From Flavobacteriales bacterium (GTDB taxonomy: Bacteria; Bacteroidota; Bacteroidia; Flavobacteriales; TMED113): 64,000 nt of DNA. Below the pieces are notes generated by a model that had not been told where the DNA came from, did no database searches, and saw only the letters and a program-made list of their open reading frames with translations. Positions 52,929 to 60,844 of the stretch are shown piece after piece (the first letter of the stretch is position 1; each line of letters begins with the position of its first letter). A program made the translations under genes and the position numbers. The stretch spans positions 3,091 to 67,090 of the forward strand of contig PAWM01000008.1 in the NCBI GenBank assembly GCA_002714185.1, written 5' to 3'.

Positions 52929-54848
52929 ATGCATTTTAATCGTTTTTTGGCTTTATTATTTATGTTTTTTGTGTGCTGTAAAAATAATGAAAATGTTTAT
53001 TTAAATATTGATAATTCGGTGTCTTATGTTGGAATGGAAAAATGTGCTGCATGTCACTTTGAACAATATAATTCTTTTATTCAGACTGGTATGGGTAAAT
53101 CTATTCGACCGGCTCTTAGAAAACATAGTTTTTTACCACTTTCAACAGAATTGTATGATAGTATTTTAAATCTACACTATCATACATATTTTAATAATGA
53201 TAGTCTCTATATTAATGAGTACCATATTGTTGATGGTGATACATTAAACTTATTTAATACTAAGATTGATTACATAATTGGGTCTGGACATCATACTAAT
53301 TCACATCTTTATAGTAATAATGGTTATTTATATCAAGTTCCATTGACTTTTTACACACAAGATTCAATTCTTGATTTTCCACCTGGATTTGAAAATAATC
53401 AAAATACTAGATTTTCTCGTAAAATGGGGTTGGAATGTATAGCTTGTCATAATGCTTACCCTGACTTTGTTTTAGGTTCAGAAAATAAATATAATTATAT
53501 TCCAGAAGGTATAGATTGTGAAAGATGTCACGGGCCGGGTGAAGTTCATATGAATCGGATTAAAGAAGGTCATATTATTGATACTAGTTTATATATTGAT
53601 AATTCAATAATAAATCCATCAAAATTATCCTCTGAATTGCAAAATGATTTATGTGCAAGGTGTCACTTACAAGGAAATACTGTTTTAAAAGATAATAAAT
53701 CTTTTTTTGATTTCCGACCTGGTATGTTTTTGAAAGAGGTTATGGATGTATATTTACCTAGATATTCAAATTCAAATGATGAATTTATTATGGCTTCTCA
53801 TGTAGATCGAATGCAGTTAAGTAAATGTTATACATCATCTAACGAGTCTCTTTCTTGTATTTCATGTCATAACCCTCATCTTTCTGTAAAAAAAATGCCT
53901 AACGATTTTTTTAATAAAAAATGTTTAGATTGTCATCTAGATTTAGATTGTAAAGAGGATAATTCAAAAAAAGTAGAATTTAATAATAATTGTATTTCAT
54001 GTCATATGAAAAACTCAAAAACTCTTGATATTCCTCATGTTACAATCACTGACCATAAGATAGCAATATTTAATAATGAAGAGGAAGTTAAAAGTAAAAT
54101 TTCAGATAGTACTTTTTTAAGATTGGAATGTGTAAATAACGATAGCCCATCTAATGAAAGTTTATTGCAAGCCTATTTGCAGCAATATGAGAGATTTGAG
54201 CCTAAGGAATATTATCTAGATTCTGCATTAATTTATTTAAATAAAATTGATATTAATTCTAAGCAAGGGGTTTATCTGAATATATATTATTTATTCTTGA
54301 ATGAAGATTTAAATGGCATTATTCATATTATTGATAATTTAGGAGTAGATTTTAGTTTAAAAAATTTATTTATTACTAAAGATTATAGTAATAAAGATGC
54401 TTGGACATGTTATCGAATTGGTGAATCTTTTTTTCGAAATAAGCAATATAATTTTGCTACTAAGTTTTATCAGCAAGCAGTGAAATTATCACCTTATAGC
54501 TTGGAATTTAGAAATAAGTATGGTGTGTCTTTATTTAATGAAGATAAATTCATGTTTGCAGTTGATGAGTTTGAATTTATAATTAATGAGGACAATAATT
54601 TCATTTCTGCTTATAATAATTTAGGATATGTGTATTTTAAAAAAGGTGAAAATGCAAAAGCTTTATCTTATTATAATTATGCTTTAAAGTTAAATCCTCA
54701 TCATGAAAAAACTCTTTTAAATAAAGCACAATTATTTTTAATTGAAGACAAAATCAAAGATGCTGTTATTTGTATAAATAAAATATTATTAATTAATCCA
54801 AATAATAAAGAGGCAAATAATTTAATTTCGTATTTAAATGAGATATAA
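52929..54848 (+). CDS. Lipoprotein with seven CxxCH haem-binding motifs (multihaem cytochrome c domain) fused to C-terminal TPR repeats
   Basis: 639 aa. Lipobox FFVCC. CxxCH motifs: CAACH, CIACH, CERCH, CARCH, CISCH, CLDCH and CISCH (53043..54005). The C-terminal roughly 150 aa are TPR-like (AYNNLGYVYFKKGENAKALSYYNYALKLNPHHEKTLLNKA). Confidence 0.8.
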   Translation: MHFNRFLALLFMFFVCCKNNENVYLNIDNSVSYVGMEKCAACHFEQYNSFIQTGMGKSIRPALRKHSFLPLSTELYDSILNLHYHTYFNNDSLYINEYHIVDGDTLNLFNTKIDYIIGSGHHTNSHLYSNNGYLYQVPLTFYTQDSILDFPPGFENNQNTRFSRKMGLECIACHNAYPDFVLGSENKYNYIPEGIDCERCHGPGEVHMNRIKEGHIIDTSLYIDNSIINPSKLSSELQNDLCARCHLQGNTVLKDNKSFFDFRPGMFLKEVMDVYLPRYSNSNDEFIMASHVDRMQLSKCYTSSNESLSCISCHNPHLSVKKMPNDFFNKKCLDCHLDLDCKEDNSKKVEFNNNCISCHMKNSKTLDIPHVTITDHKIAIFNNEEEVKSKISDSTFLRLECVNNDSPSNESLLQAYLQQYERFEPKEYYLDSALIYLNKIDINSKQGVYLNIYYLFLNEDLNGIIHIIDNLGVDFSLKNLFITKDYSNKDAWTCYRIGESFFRNKQYNFATKFYQQAVKLSPYSLEFRNKYGVSLFNEDKFMFAVDEFEFIINEDNNFISAYNNLGYVYFKKGENAKALSYYNYALKLNPHHEKTLLNKAQLFLIEDKIKDAVICINKILLINPNNKEANNLISYLNEI

Positions 54849-55851
54849 TTTTTTTACTTTTTTAATTTTATTGTTTTTAGTATTTTCTTTTTTGAAGAAT
54901 CAGTATTTTCAAAAAACTATTTTAACTAATGATTATAATTTTTATATCCATACTGATGATTCCTTTCATAATGTGAAAAAACAGTTAGAATACATATTAA
55001 ACGATTTGCATCCAATTGCTAAATTAGGTTTAAATCCTTTTCTTAAACAAAAGCGACTCGATTATTGGTTTCGCCCTGGACATTATATTTTAGAAAAATC
55101 TTTTTCTATTAATGATATAATTAATAAATTGAGATCACAGTCACAAGATCCTATTAATATAACTTTTAAGAGCACAAATGATATATCAAATATTATTGGT
55201 GTTATTACTAAAAAATTAGAATTAGACTCTATTGATGTAGTGAGTTATTTTAACTCAAATAAATTGTCTCTAGATAGTCTATATTTCTTATTAATTCCTA
55301 ATACATATCAAATTTTTTGGGATATTTCTGAAAAAGAGCTTGTAGAAAGATTCTACATTGAATATAAATCATTTTGGAATGAAGATAGGTTAAAAGCTGC
55401 ATCTAATTTAAATTTATCTATGAATGAAGTATTTGTCTTAGCTTCTATTATTGATAAAGAAGCAAGTCATTTTGATGAAATGCCAAGAATTGCAGGGCTA
55501 TATTTAAATAGGTTAAAAAAAAATTGGTTTTTAGCAGCTGACCCAACTATTATTTATGCATATGAAAAAGAATATAATAAATCTATTAAACGAGTTAGAA
55601 ATAAACATATTAATATATTAAAAGAATCACAATTTAATACCTATCATCATAAAGGTTTACCTCCTCTACCAATCTGTGTTCCTAGTTTTCAGGCACTTGA
55701 ATCTGTTTTGAATCCAGAGAGTCACCAATATATGTATATGTGTGCAAGGCCTGATAGATCAGAATATCATAATTTTTCTACTAATTATTTACAGCACAAA
55801 AAGAATGCAGCAGCTTTTCATCGTTGGTTAAATGCTAGAAAAATATTTTAA
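54838..55851 (+). CDS. mltG: Endolytic murein transglycosylase MltG (YceG-like)
   Basis: 337 aa with an N-terminal TM helix. Motifs LASIIDKEA, RIAGLYLNRL, LAADPTIIYA and YNTYHHKGLPPLPICVPS. Confidence 0.87.
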   Translation: MRYNFFTFLILLFLVFSFLKNQYFQKTILTNDYNFYIHTDDSFHNVKKQLEYILNDLHPIAKLGLNPFLKQKRLDYWFRPGHYILEKSFSINDIINKLRSQSQDPINITFKSTNDISNIIGVITKKLELDSIDVVSYFNSNKLSLDSLYFLLIPNTYQIFWDISEKELVERFYIEYKSFWNEDRLKAASNLNLSMNEVFVLASIIDKEASHFDEMPRIAGLYLNRLKKNWFLAADPTIIYAYEKEYNKSIKRVRNKHINILKESQFNTYHHKGLPPLPICVPSFQALESVLNPESHQYMYMCARPDRSEYHNFSTNYLQHKKNAAAFHRWLNARKIF

Positions 55852-55856
55852 TTAAT

Positions 55857-55864
55857 TATATTTG
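55857..55864 (+). promoter_or_regulatory. -7 promoter box (TATATTTG) upstream of rnpB
   Basis: TAnnTTTG match about 30 nt upstream of the predicted RNase P RNA 5' helix. Confidence 0.35.
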
Positions 55865-55896
55865 AACTTTTGTTAATTATAGATAGAGAAAAAGTT

Positions 55897-56262
55897 TTAC
55901 ATATAAGTTGCCTTATCGCTTCTTATGTAATGGAAGAGGAAAGTCCGGACAATACAGAGAGCCATACTTCTTAACGGGAAGGGTCTTTATTAATAAAGAT
56001 ACAGATAGTGCCACAGAAAATTACCGCCATAATGGTAAGGGTGAAAAAGTGAGGTAAGAGCTCACTAGTTTTAATAGTGATATTAAAATTGGGTAAACCT
56101 TATGGATTGAAAGATCAAATAAACCAAGGTGCACTTTGTGCTAAGAGTTTCTCGCTCAAACTTGGAGGGTAGATCGTTTGACTATATCAGTGATGTTATA
56201 GCTAGATAAATGATAAGGATCTTAGATTAAGATACAGAATCCGGCTTATAGACTTTATGTAA
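55897..56262 (+). ncRNA. rnpB: RNase P RNA, bacterial type A
   Basis: Universally conserved GAGGAAAGUCCGGAC (55936..) and ACAGAAUCCGGCUUAU (56233..). Also AGUGCCACAGAAA, GGUAAGGGUGAAA and GGUAAGAGC elements. The 5' UUACAUAUAAGU pairs with the 3' ACUUUAUGUAA (P1). Ends are approximate to about 10 nt. Confidence 0.9.
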
Positions 56263-56270
56263 TTATTTTA

Positions 56271-56297
56271 GGGAGACAATTTTTGTCTCCCTTTTTT
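56271..56297 (+). terminator. Rho-independent terminator after rnpB; abuts the trxB stop codon
   Basis: GGGAGACA-ATTTT-TGTCTCCC forms a perfect 8-bp stem and is followed by TTTTTT (56292..56297). Confidence 0.72.
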
Positions 56298-57231
56298 AAT
56301 CTAACTCGGATAAATATCTTTCTGCATCAAGAGCTGCCATACAACCACTTCCAGCAGCTGTTATAGCTTGCCTATAAATAGAATCTTGTGCATCTCCACT
56401 AGCAAAAACACCTGGTAAGTTTGTTATAGAGCTATCTGGTTTTGTAATAAGATATCCCACAGAGTCCATATCTAATTGGTTTTTAAAAATCTGAGTATTT
56501 GGAGTATGACCTATTGCTAAAAAAAATCCAGATGCTGATATGATTTTTTCCTGATTGTTCTTTGTGTCTTTTACTTTAATTGAATTTACAGTTTTATCGC
56601 CCATAACTTCTATGGTTTCGTGATTAAATAAAACTTCTAAGTTATTAGTGTCAAAAACTCTTTTTTGCATAATTTGAGATGCTCTCATTTCATCTTTTCT
56701 CACTAATAAATATACTTTTTTACATAGCTTAGCTAAGTAAGTAGCTTCTTCTGCCGCTGAATCCCCGCCACCAACTACAACAACATCTTGATTTTTAAAA
56801 AAGAACCCATCACACACAGCACAAGCAGATACTCCTGATCCCATAAATTTTTTTTCTGATTCTAATCCTAAGTATTTTGCTGATGCTCCTGTAGAAATAA
56901 TGACTGTTTTAGTATAGATTTCTTCTTTATTGTCTACAATAATTTTATGTACATCTCCTTTGGTTTTTGATAGTATTACTTCAGTTACTGTTCCAAATAC
57001 AATTTTTGAACCAAATCTTTCTGCTTGTTTTTTAAAATCTTCCATCATTATTGGACCTGTAACACCTTCGGGGTATCCAGGGTAATTTTCAACATCATTG
57101 GTCGTAGTTAATTGACCTCCTGGTTGTAAACCTTGTATTAGCACGGGGTTAAGATTAGCTCTAGATGCATAAATAGCAGCTGTATATCCAGCTGGGCCAG
57201 ATCCAATTATTAGACATTCAATTATTTCCAT
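56296..57231 (-). CDS. trxB: Thioredoxin-disulfide reductase
   Basis: 311 aa. Motifs IIGSGPAGYTAAIYA, the redox centre CAVCDG, and GGGDSAAEEA. Confidence 0.95.
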   Translation of the reverse strand: MEIIECLIIGSGPAGYTAAIYASRANLNPVLIQGLQPGGQLTTTNDVENYPGYPEGVTGPIMMEDFKKQAERFGSKIVFGTVTEVILSKTKGDVHKIIVDNKEEIYTKTVIISTGASAKYLGLESEKKFMGSGVSACAVCDGFFFKNQDVVVVGGGDSAAEEATYLAKLCKKVYLLVRKDEMRASQIMQKRVFDTNNLEVLFNHETIEVMGDKTVNSIKVKDTKNNQEKIISASGFFLAIGHTPNTQIFKNQLDMDSVGYLITKPDSSITNLPGVFASGDAQDSIYRQAITAAGSGCMAALDAERYLSELD

Positions 57232-57278
57232 TGTATTTTTTTTTAAATAGTTTATTTATGTTCGTTTTATATTTTTGA

Positions 57279-57286
57279 CAAATTTA
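57279..57286 (-). promoter_or_regulatory. -7 promoter box (TAAATTTG) upstream of trxB
   Basis: TAnnTTTG match on the minus strand, about 47 nt upstream of ATG 57231. Confidence 0.3.
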
Positions 57287-57341
57287 AAGTTTATAAATAA
57301 TTTATTCTAAAAAAAATCATAAGAAGAAGTAATTTCTTAAT

Positions 57342-57349
57342 TATATTTG
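57342..57349 (+). promoter_or_regulatory. -7 promoter box (TATATTTG) upstream of gcvT
   Basis: TAnnTTTG match 33 nt upstream of TTG 57382. Confidence 0.35.
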
Positions 57350-57381
57350 CATTCATCATTGATAAATTAGATTTTTTCATT

Positions 57382-58461
57382 TTGGATAAAAAAACTGCAT
57401 TCTATTCTTTACATAAACAAAATAAAGCTAAAATAGTTTCTTTTGCAGGTTATATGATGCCTATTCATTATAAGGGAGTGACTGTTGAACATTTGCATGT
57501 TCGAAACAGTGTAGGTGTTTTTGATGTGTCTCATATGGCTCAAATTATTATACAAGGTCAATTTGCTTTTGATTTAGTGCAAAAAATCACAACTAATGAT
57601 GTTGCTAAATTATATGATGGTAAAGTACAGTATTCTTGCATGTTAAATGAAGCCGGGGGTATTATAGATGATTTATTAGTTTATCGTTTGTCAATTGAAA
57701 AATATATGTTAGTTGTAAATGCTTCTAATGCATTGAAAAATATTGATTGGATCACTACTCAAAATGATATGAATGTCGATGTAGTGAATATTACTGAGGA
57801 GAGAGGTCTTTTAGCTGTGCAGGGACCTGCTACTTATTCAATTTTACAAAAAGTCACATCTTTAAATTTAAATAGTATTCCGTATTATACATTTAAAATT
57901 GGAGATATAGATCAGTGTCATGATGTTATCATATCTAATACAGGATATACTGGTTCAGGAGGATTTGAATTATATTTTAATAAAGAATATGCTCTTAGCA
58001 TATGGAATAGTATTTTTCAAAATAATGAAATTGTACAACCTATCGGTTTAGCTGCCCGTGATACCTTAAGATTAGAGATGGGTTATTGTTTATATGGTAA
58101 TGATATTAACGAATCAAGATCACCTATTGAAGCAGGTCTTTCTTGGATTGTAAGTATGAAAAAAGAATTTATTGGTAAATCTGTTATAAAAAATCAATTA
58201 AAAAATGGTATTGATGAATGTTTAGTTGGATTTATTTTAAAGGAAAAAGGGATTCCTAGAAAAGGTTATGAAATGATATCAAAAAATGGAAATCGAATAG
58301 GAACAGTAACATCTGGGTCTATGTCACCAGTATTTAAAAAAGGATTTGGAATGGGTTACATTCTTTTAGAGGAATCAAAAATAGGTAATGAATTTTACAT
58401 TGTAATCAGAGATAAGAAGATAAGAGCAAGTATTGTTAAACGACCATTTTATGCAAAATAA
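57382..58461 (+). CDS. gcvT: Glycine cleavage system aminomethyltransferase T
   Basis: 359 aa, TTG start. Motifs FAGYMMPIHYKG, VGVFDVSHM, TGYTGSGGFELY and ARDTLRLEMGYCLYGND. Confidence 0.93.
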   Translation: MDKKTAFYSLHKQNKAKIVSFAGYMMPIHYKGVTVEHLHVRNSVGVFDVSHMAQIIIQGQFAFDLVQKITTNDVAKLYDGKVQYSCMLNEAGGIIDDLLVYRLSIEKYMLVVNASNALKNIDWITTQNDMNVDVVNITEERGLLAVQGPATYSILQKVTSLNLNSIPYYTFKIGDIDQCHDVIISNTGYTGSGGFELYFNKEYALSIWNSIFQNNEIVQPIGLAARDTLRLEMGYCLYGNDINESRSPIEAGLSWIVSMKKEFIGKSVIKNQLKNGIDECLVGFILKEKGIPRKGYEMISKNGNRIGTVTSGSMSPVFKKGFGMGYILLEESKIGNEFYIVIRDKKIRASIVKRPFYAK

Positions 58462-59209
58462 TAGAAAAATAGACATTTGTTTAGCACCGTCTATGATGAA
58501 TTTATTTGATTTGTCAAATAAACAAATTGTGATTATAGATGTTTTTAGAGCGACATCCGCAATGTGTGTTTTTTTAAACAATGGTGGTTTAGAAGTGATA
58601 CCAGTTTCAACTGTCGAGGAAGCAGAAGCTTATAAAGCTAAAAATATTAGTGCGAAAAAGTTAAAGTATTTAGTTGCAGCTGAAAGAAATGGTAAGGTTG
58701 TTTCAGGATTTGACTTAGGTAATTCCCCTTTGATGTATACTAGAAAAGAATTTAATGGATTATCTTTGGTTATCACCACAACTAATGGGACAAATGCAAT
58801 TGAAAAGTCAAAAAATCATTATGGAAATATGATATTAGCATCTTTTCTAAATGCTACTGCTGTAATTAATTATATTAATAATTTAGAAAATAATGATGTA
58901 TTAATTGTTTGTTCGGGTTGGAAAGGTAGGTTTTGTGTTGAAGATTTACTTTTAGCTGGTTTAATTTCTAGTAATTTAATATCAAATTATAAATTTCATT
59001 CTGACTCTGATTCTGTATTATTAGCTAATAATATGTATCAAATTAGTAAAAAAAATATGTTTGATTTTTTAGTTCAATCCTCTTATATGCAGAGAATGAA
59101 ATTAAATCAAGATGTGAAATATTGTTTACAAAAAGATATTATGGATATTGTTCCTGTTTGGTCTTGTTCTAATCATGAAAAAAAAGGTTATGGTAGTTTT
59201 ACAATTTAA
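58451..59209 (+). CDS. comB: 2-phosphosulfolactate phosphatase (ComB/YitC family)
   Basis: Motifs VIIDVFRATSAMCVFLNNG and AAERNGKVVSGFDLGNSPL, typical of ComB. ATG 58451 overlaps the gcvT stop by 11 nt; the track start at 58433 lies further inside gcvT. Confidence 0.78.
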   Translation: MQNNRKIDICLAPSMMNLFDLSNKQIVIIDVFRATSAMCVFLNNGGLEVIPVSTVEEAEAYKAKNISAKKLKYLVAAERNGKVVSGFDLGNSPLMYTRKEFNGLSLVITTTNGTNAIEKSKNHYGNMILASFLNATAVINYINNLENNDVLIVCSGWKGRFCVEDLLLAGLISSNLISNYKFHSDSDSVLLANNMYQISKKNMFDFLVQSSYMQRMKLNQDVKYCLQKDIMDIVPVWSCSNHEKKGYGSFTI

Positions 59210-59233
59210 ATATTTTAATCTTTTAAAGATATT

Positions 59234-59812
59234 ATGAAATATATTGCAAAAGATGAAATACATAATTATCCATTATTAGATTTTAATGGTAATATTCATC
59301 TAATTCAAAGTGAATCCGATATTAAATCTTCTTGTGAGATACTTGCTAGTCATAAAGTAATAGGTTTTGATACAGAAACTAAGCCTTCCTTCAAAAAAGG
59401 TGTTAGTTATAATATTTCTTTGTTGCAATTATCTGCTGGTAATAGTGTTTATCTTTTTAGAATAAATAAAATTGGATTTGATAAAAAGATAATAGAAATT
59501 TTATCTAACAAAAATATTTTAAAAGTAGGAATTGATATTAAAAATGATCTATTAGGTTTGAAAAAGCTTAAAAGCTTTAAGGAAAATAATTTCGTTGATT
59601 TAAATACACTAGCAATTAAAAAAGGTTATCAAAGTATTGGGGCAGTTAAACTTTCAATAATGTTATTAGGATGTAGAATAAGTAAAAGTCAGCGTTTGTC
59701 AGATTGGTCTGCTGACAATTTAACTGAATCACAGATAAATTATGCTGCTATTGATGCATGGATATGTCCTAAAATATTACAGTCATTTAAAGATAAATCA
59801 CTTTTTCCGTGA
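59234..59812 (+). CDS. 3'-5' exonuclease domain protein (DEDDy, RNase D/WRN-exo-like)
   Basis: 192 aa. Motifs IGFDTETKP (ExoI), KVGIDIKNDL (ExoII) and YAAIDAW (ExoIII). Confidence 0.8.
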   Translation: MKYIAKDEIHNYPLLDFNGNIHLIQSESDIKSSCEILASHKVIGFDTETKPSFKKGVSYNISLLQLSAGNSVYLFRINKIGFDKKIIEILSNKNILKVGIDIKNDLLGLKKLKSFKENNFVDLNTLAIKKGYQSIGAVKLSIMLLGCRISKSQRLSDWSADNLTESQINYAAIDAWICPKILQSFKDKSLFP

Positions 59813-60361
59813 TATGTAAAAGTCTACTTTTTTCTCTAAAATGTTAATGGTTTTCGATAATTTTCTAGATAGAAACCATAATCCTTTATATGTTCTAACA
59901 AATCTGGGAAGTGGTGGTCTTAATTTTGATAAGTCATGATTTCTTAGAATTAATGCATGAAATTTCAACGAACCTGAGTCTTTGCCAAGGTATCCAATTA
60001 AAAAATTTTCTTTTATACTACTAATTTCTTCTCTACTTAATGTTTCTTTACGATGATTAATAAGATTTGTAAAATCTTTTTGTAGAATTTCTTCGGAATT
60101 ATTGCTATAAAAAAAATACACTGGACATAGTGACCATTCATTATGAAATGTATTAATTATGTCATTATTTTTTTTTATTTGTTTTTGTAGAATTTCTTCC
60201 ATTTTATTTAAATCATTCTTGGCATAATAATAAATAAGATGTTGATTGGTTTGTAGTCTAATTAATAATACACCGGTTTGAAGTTTCTGAATTTGACAAT
60301 TTACAGTAGCAGGATTTAAAAAAAATATTATAATTGTAAATAAAAAAAATATATGTTTCAT
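59798..60361 (-). CDS. Hypothetical secreted protein
   Basis: 187 aa, signal peptide MKHIFFLFTIIIFFLNPATVNCQ, no recognised motif. Its 3' end overlaps the convergent exonuclease gene by 15 nt. Confidence 0.5.
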   Translation of the reverse strand: MKHIFFLFTIIIFFLNPATVNCQIQKLQTGVLLIRLQTNQHLIYYYAKNDLNKMEEILQKQIKKNNDIINTFHNEWSLCPVYFFYSNNSEEILQKDFTNLINHRKETLSREEISSIKENFLIGYLGKDSGSLKFHALILRNHDLSKLRPPLPRFVRTYKGLWFLSRKLSKTINILEKKVDFYISRKK

Positions 60362-60393
60362 TTGTGTTAAATATTTTAAATTAAAAAATTATT

Positions 60394-60810
60394 ATGCCTA
60401 GAATTAAATTGAAATTACCAAAAATATATCATTTTGAAACTAATTTACAGTTAAGAATTTATGATATGAATTATGGAGCACATTTAGGTAATGATTCGGT
60501 GCTAAGTATTGTTCATGAAGCTCGTGTGCAGTTTTTTAATTCTTTTGGTCAAGAAGAAAAAGATTTTTTTGGTATTTCTCTTTTAATGGCTGATAGTGCT
60601 GTGGTATATAAAAAAGAAGCATTCTATGGAGAAAAATTAAATATTAAAGTTGCTGTAACAGAATTTTACAATTTTGGTTTTGAATTATTTTATTTGCTAT
60701 CTCATAATAATTCTGAAATTGCGAGAGTGAAATCTGGTATGGTTTGCTATAATACTAATCTTAAGAAGATTCATAAAGTCCCAAGTGATTTTGTCAATTC
60801 TTTTAGCTAG
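60394..60810 (+). CDS. Hotdog-fold acyl-CoA thioesterase (4HBT/YbgC-like)
   Basis: 138 aa. The size and the pattern YHFETNLQLRIYDMNYGAHLGNDSVLSIVHEARVQFF are typical of 4HBT thioesterases. Confidence 0.65.
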   Translation: MPRIKLKLPKIYHFETNLQLRIYDMNYGAHLGNDSVLSIVHEARVQFFNSFGQEEKDFFGISLLMADSAVVYKKEAFYGEKLNIKVAVTEFYNFGFELFYLLSHNNSEIARVKSGMVCYNTNLKKIHKVPSDFVNSFS

Positions 60811-60844
60811 TTTTATTAAACTATAAATTAATGATAAATTTATT

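Noticed and set aside
57232-57381. Possible glycine riboswitch upstream of gcvT
   Set aside because: The 150-nt leader is almost pure A/T and lacks the conserved GGAGAG...CACCG glycine-aptamer elements. Only promoter boxes were found.
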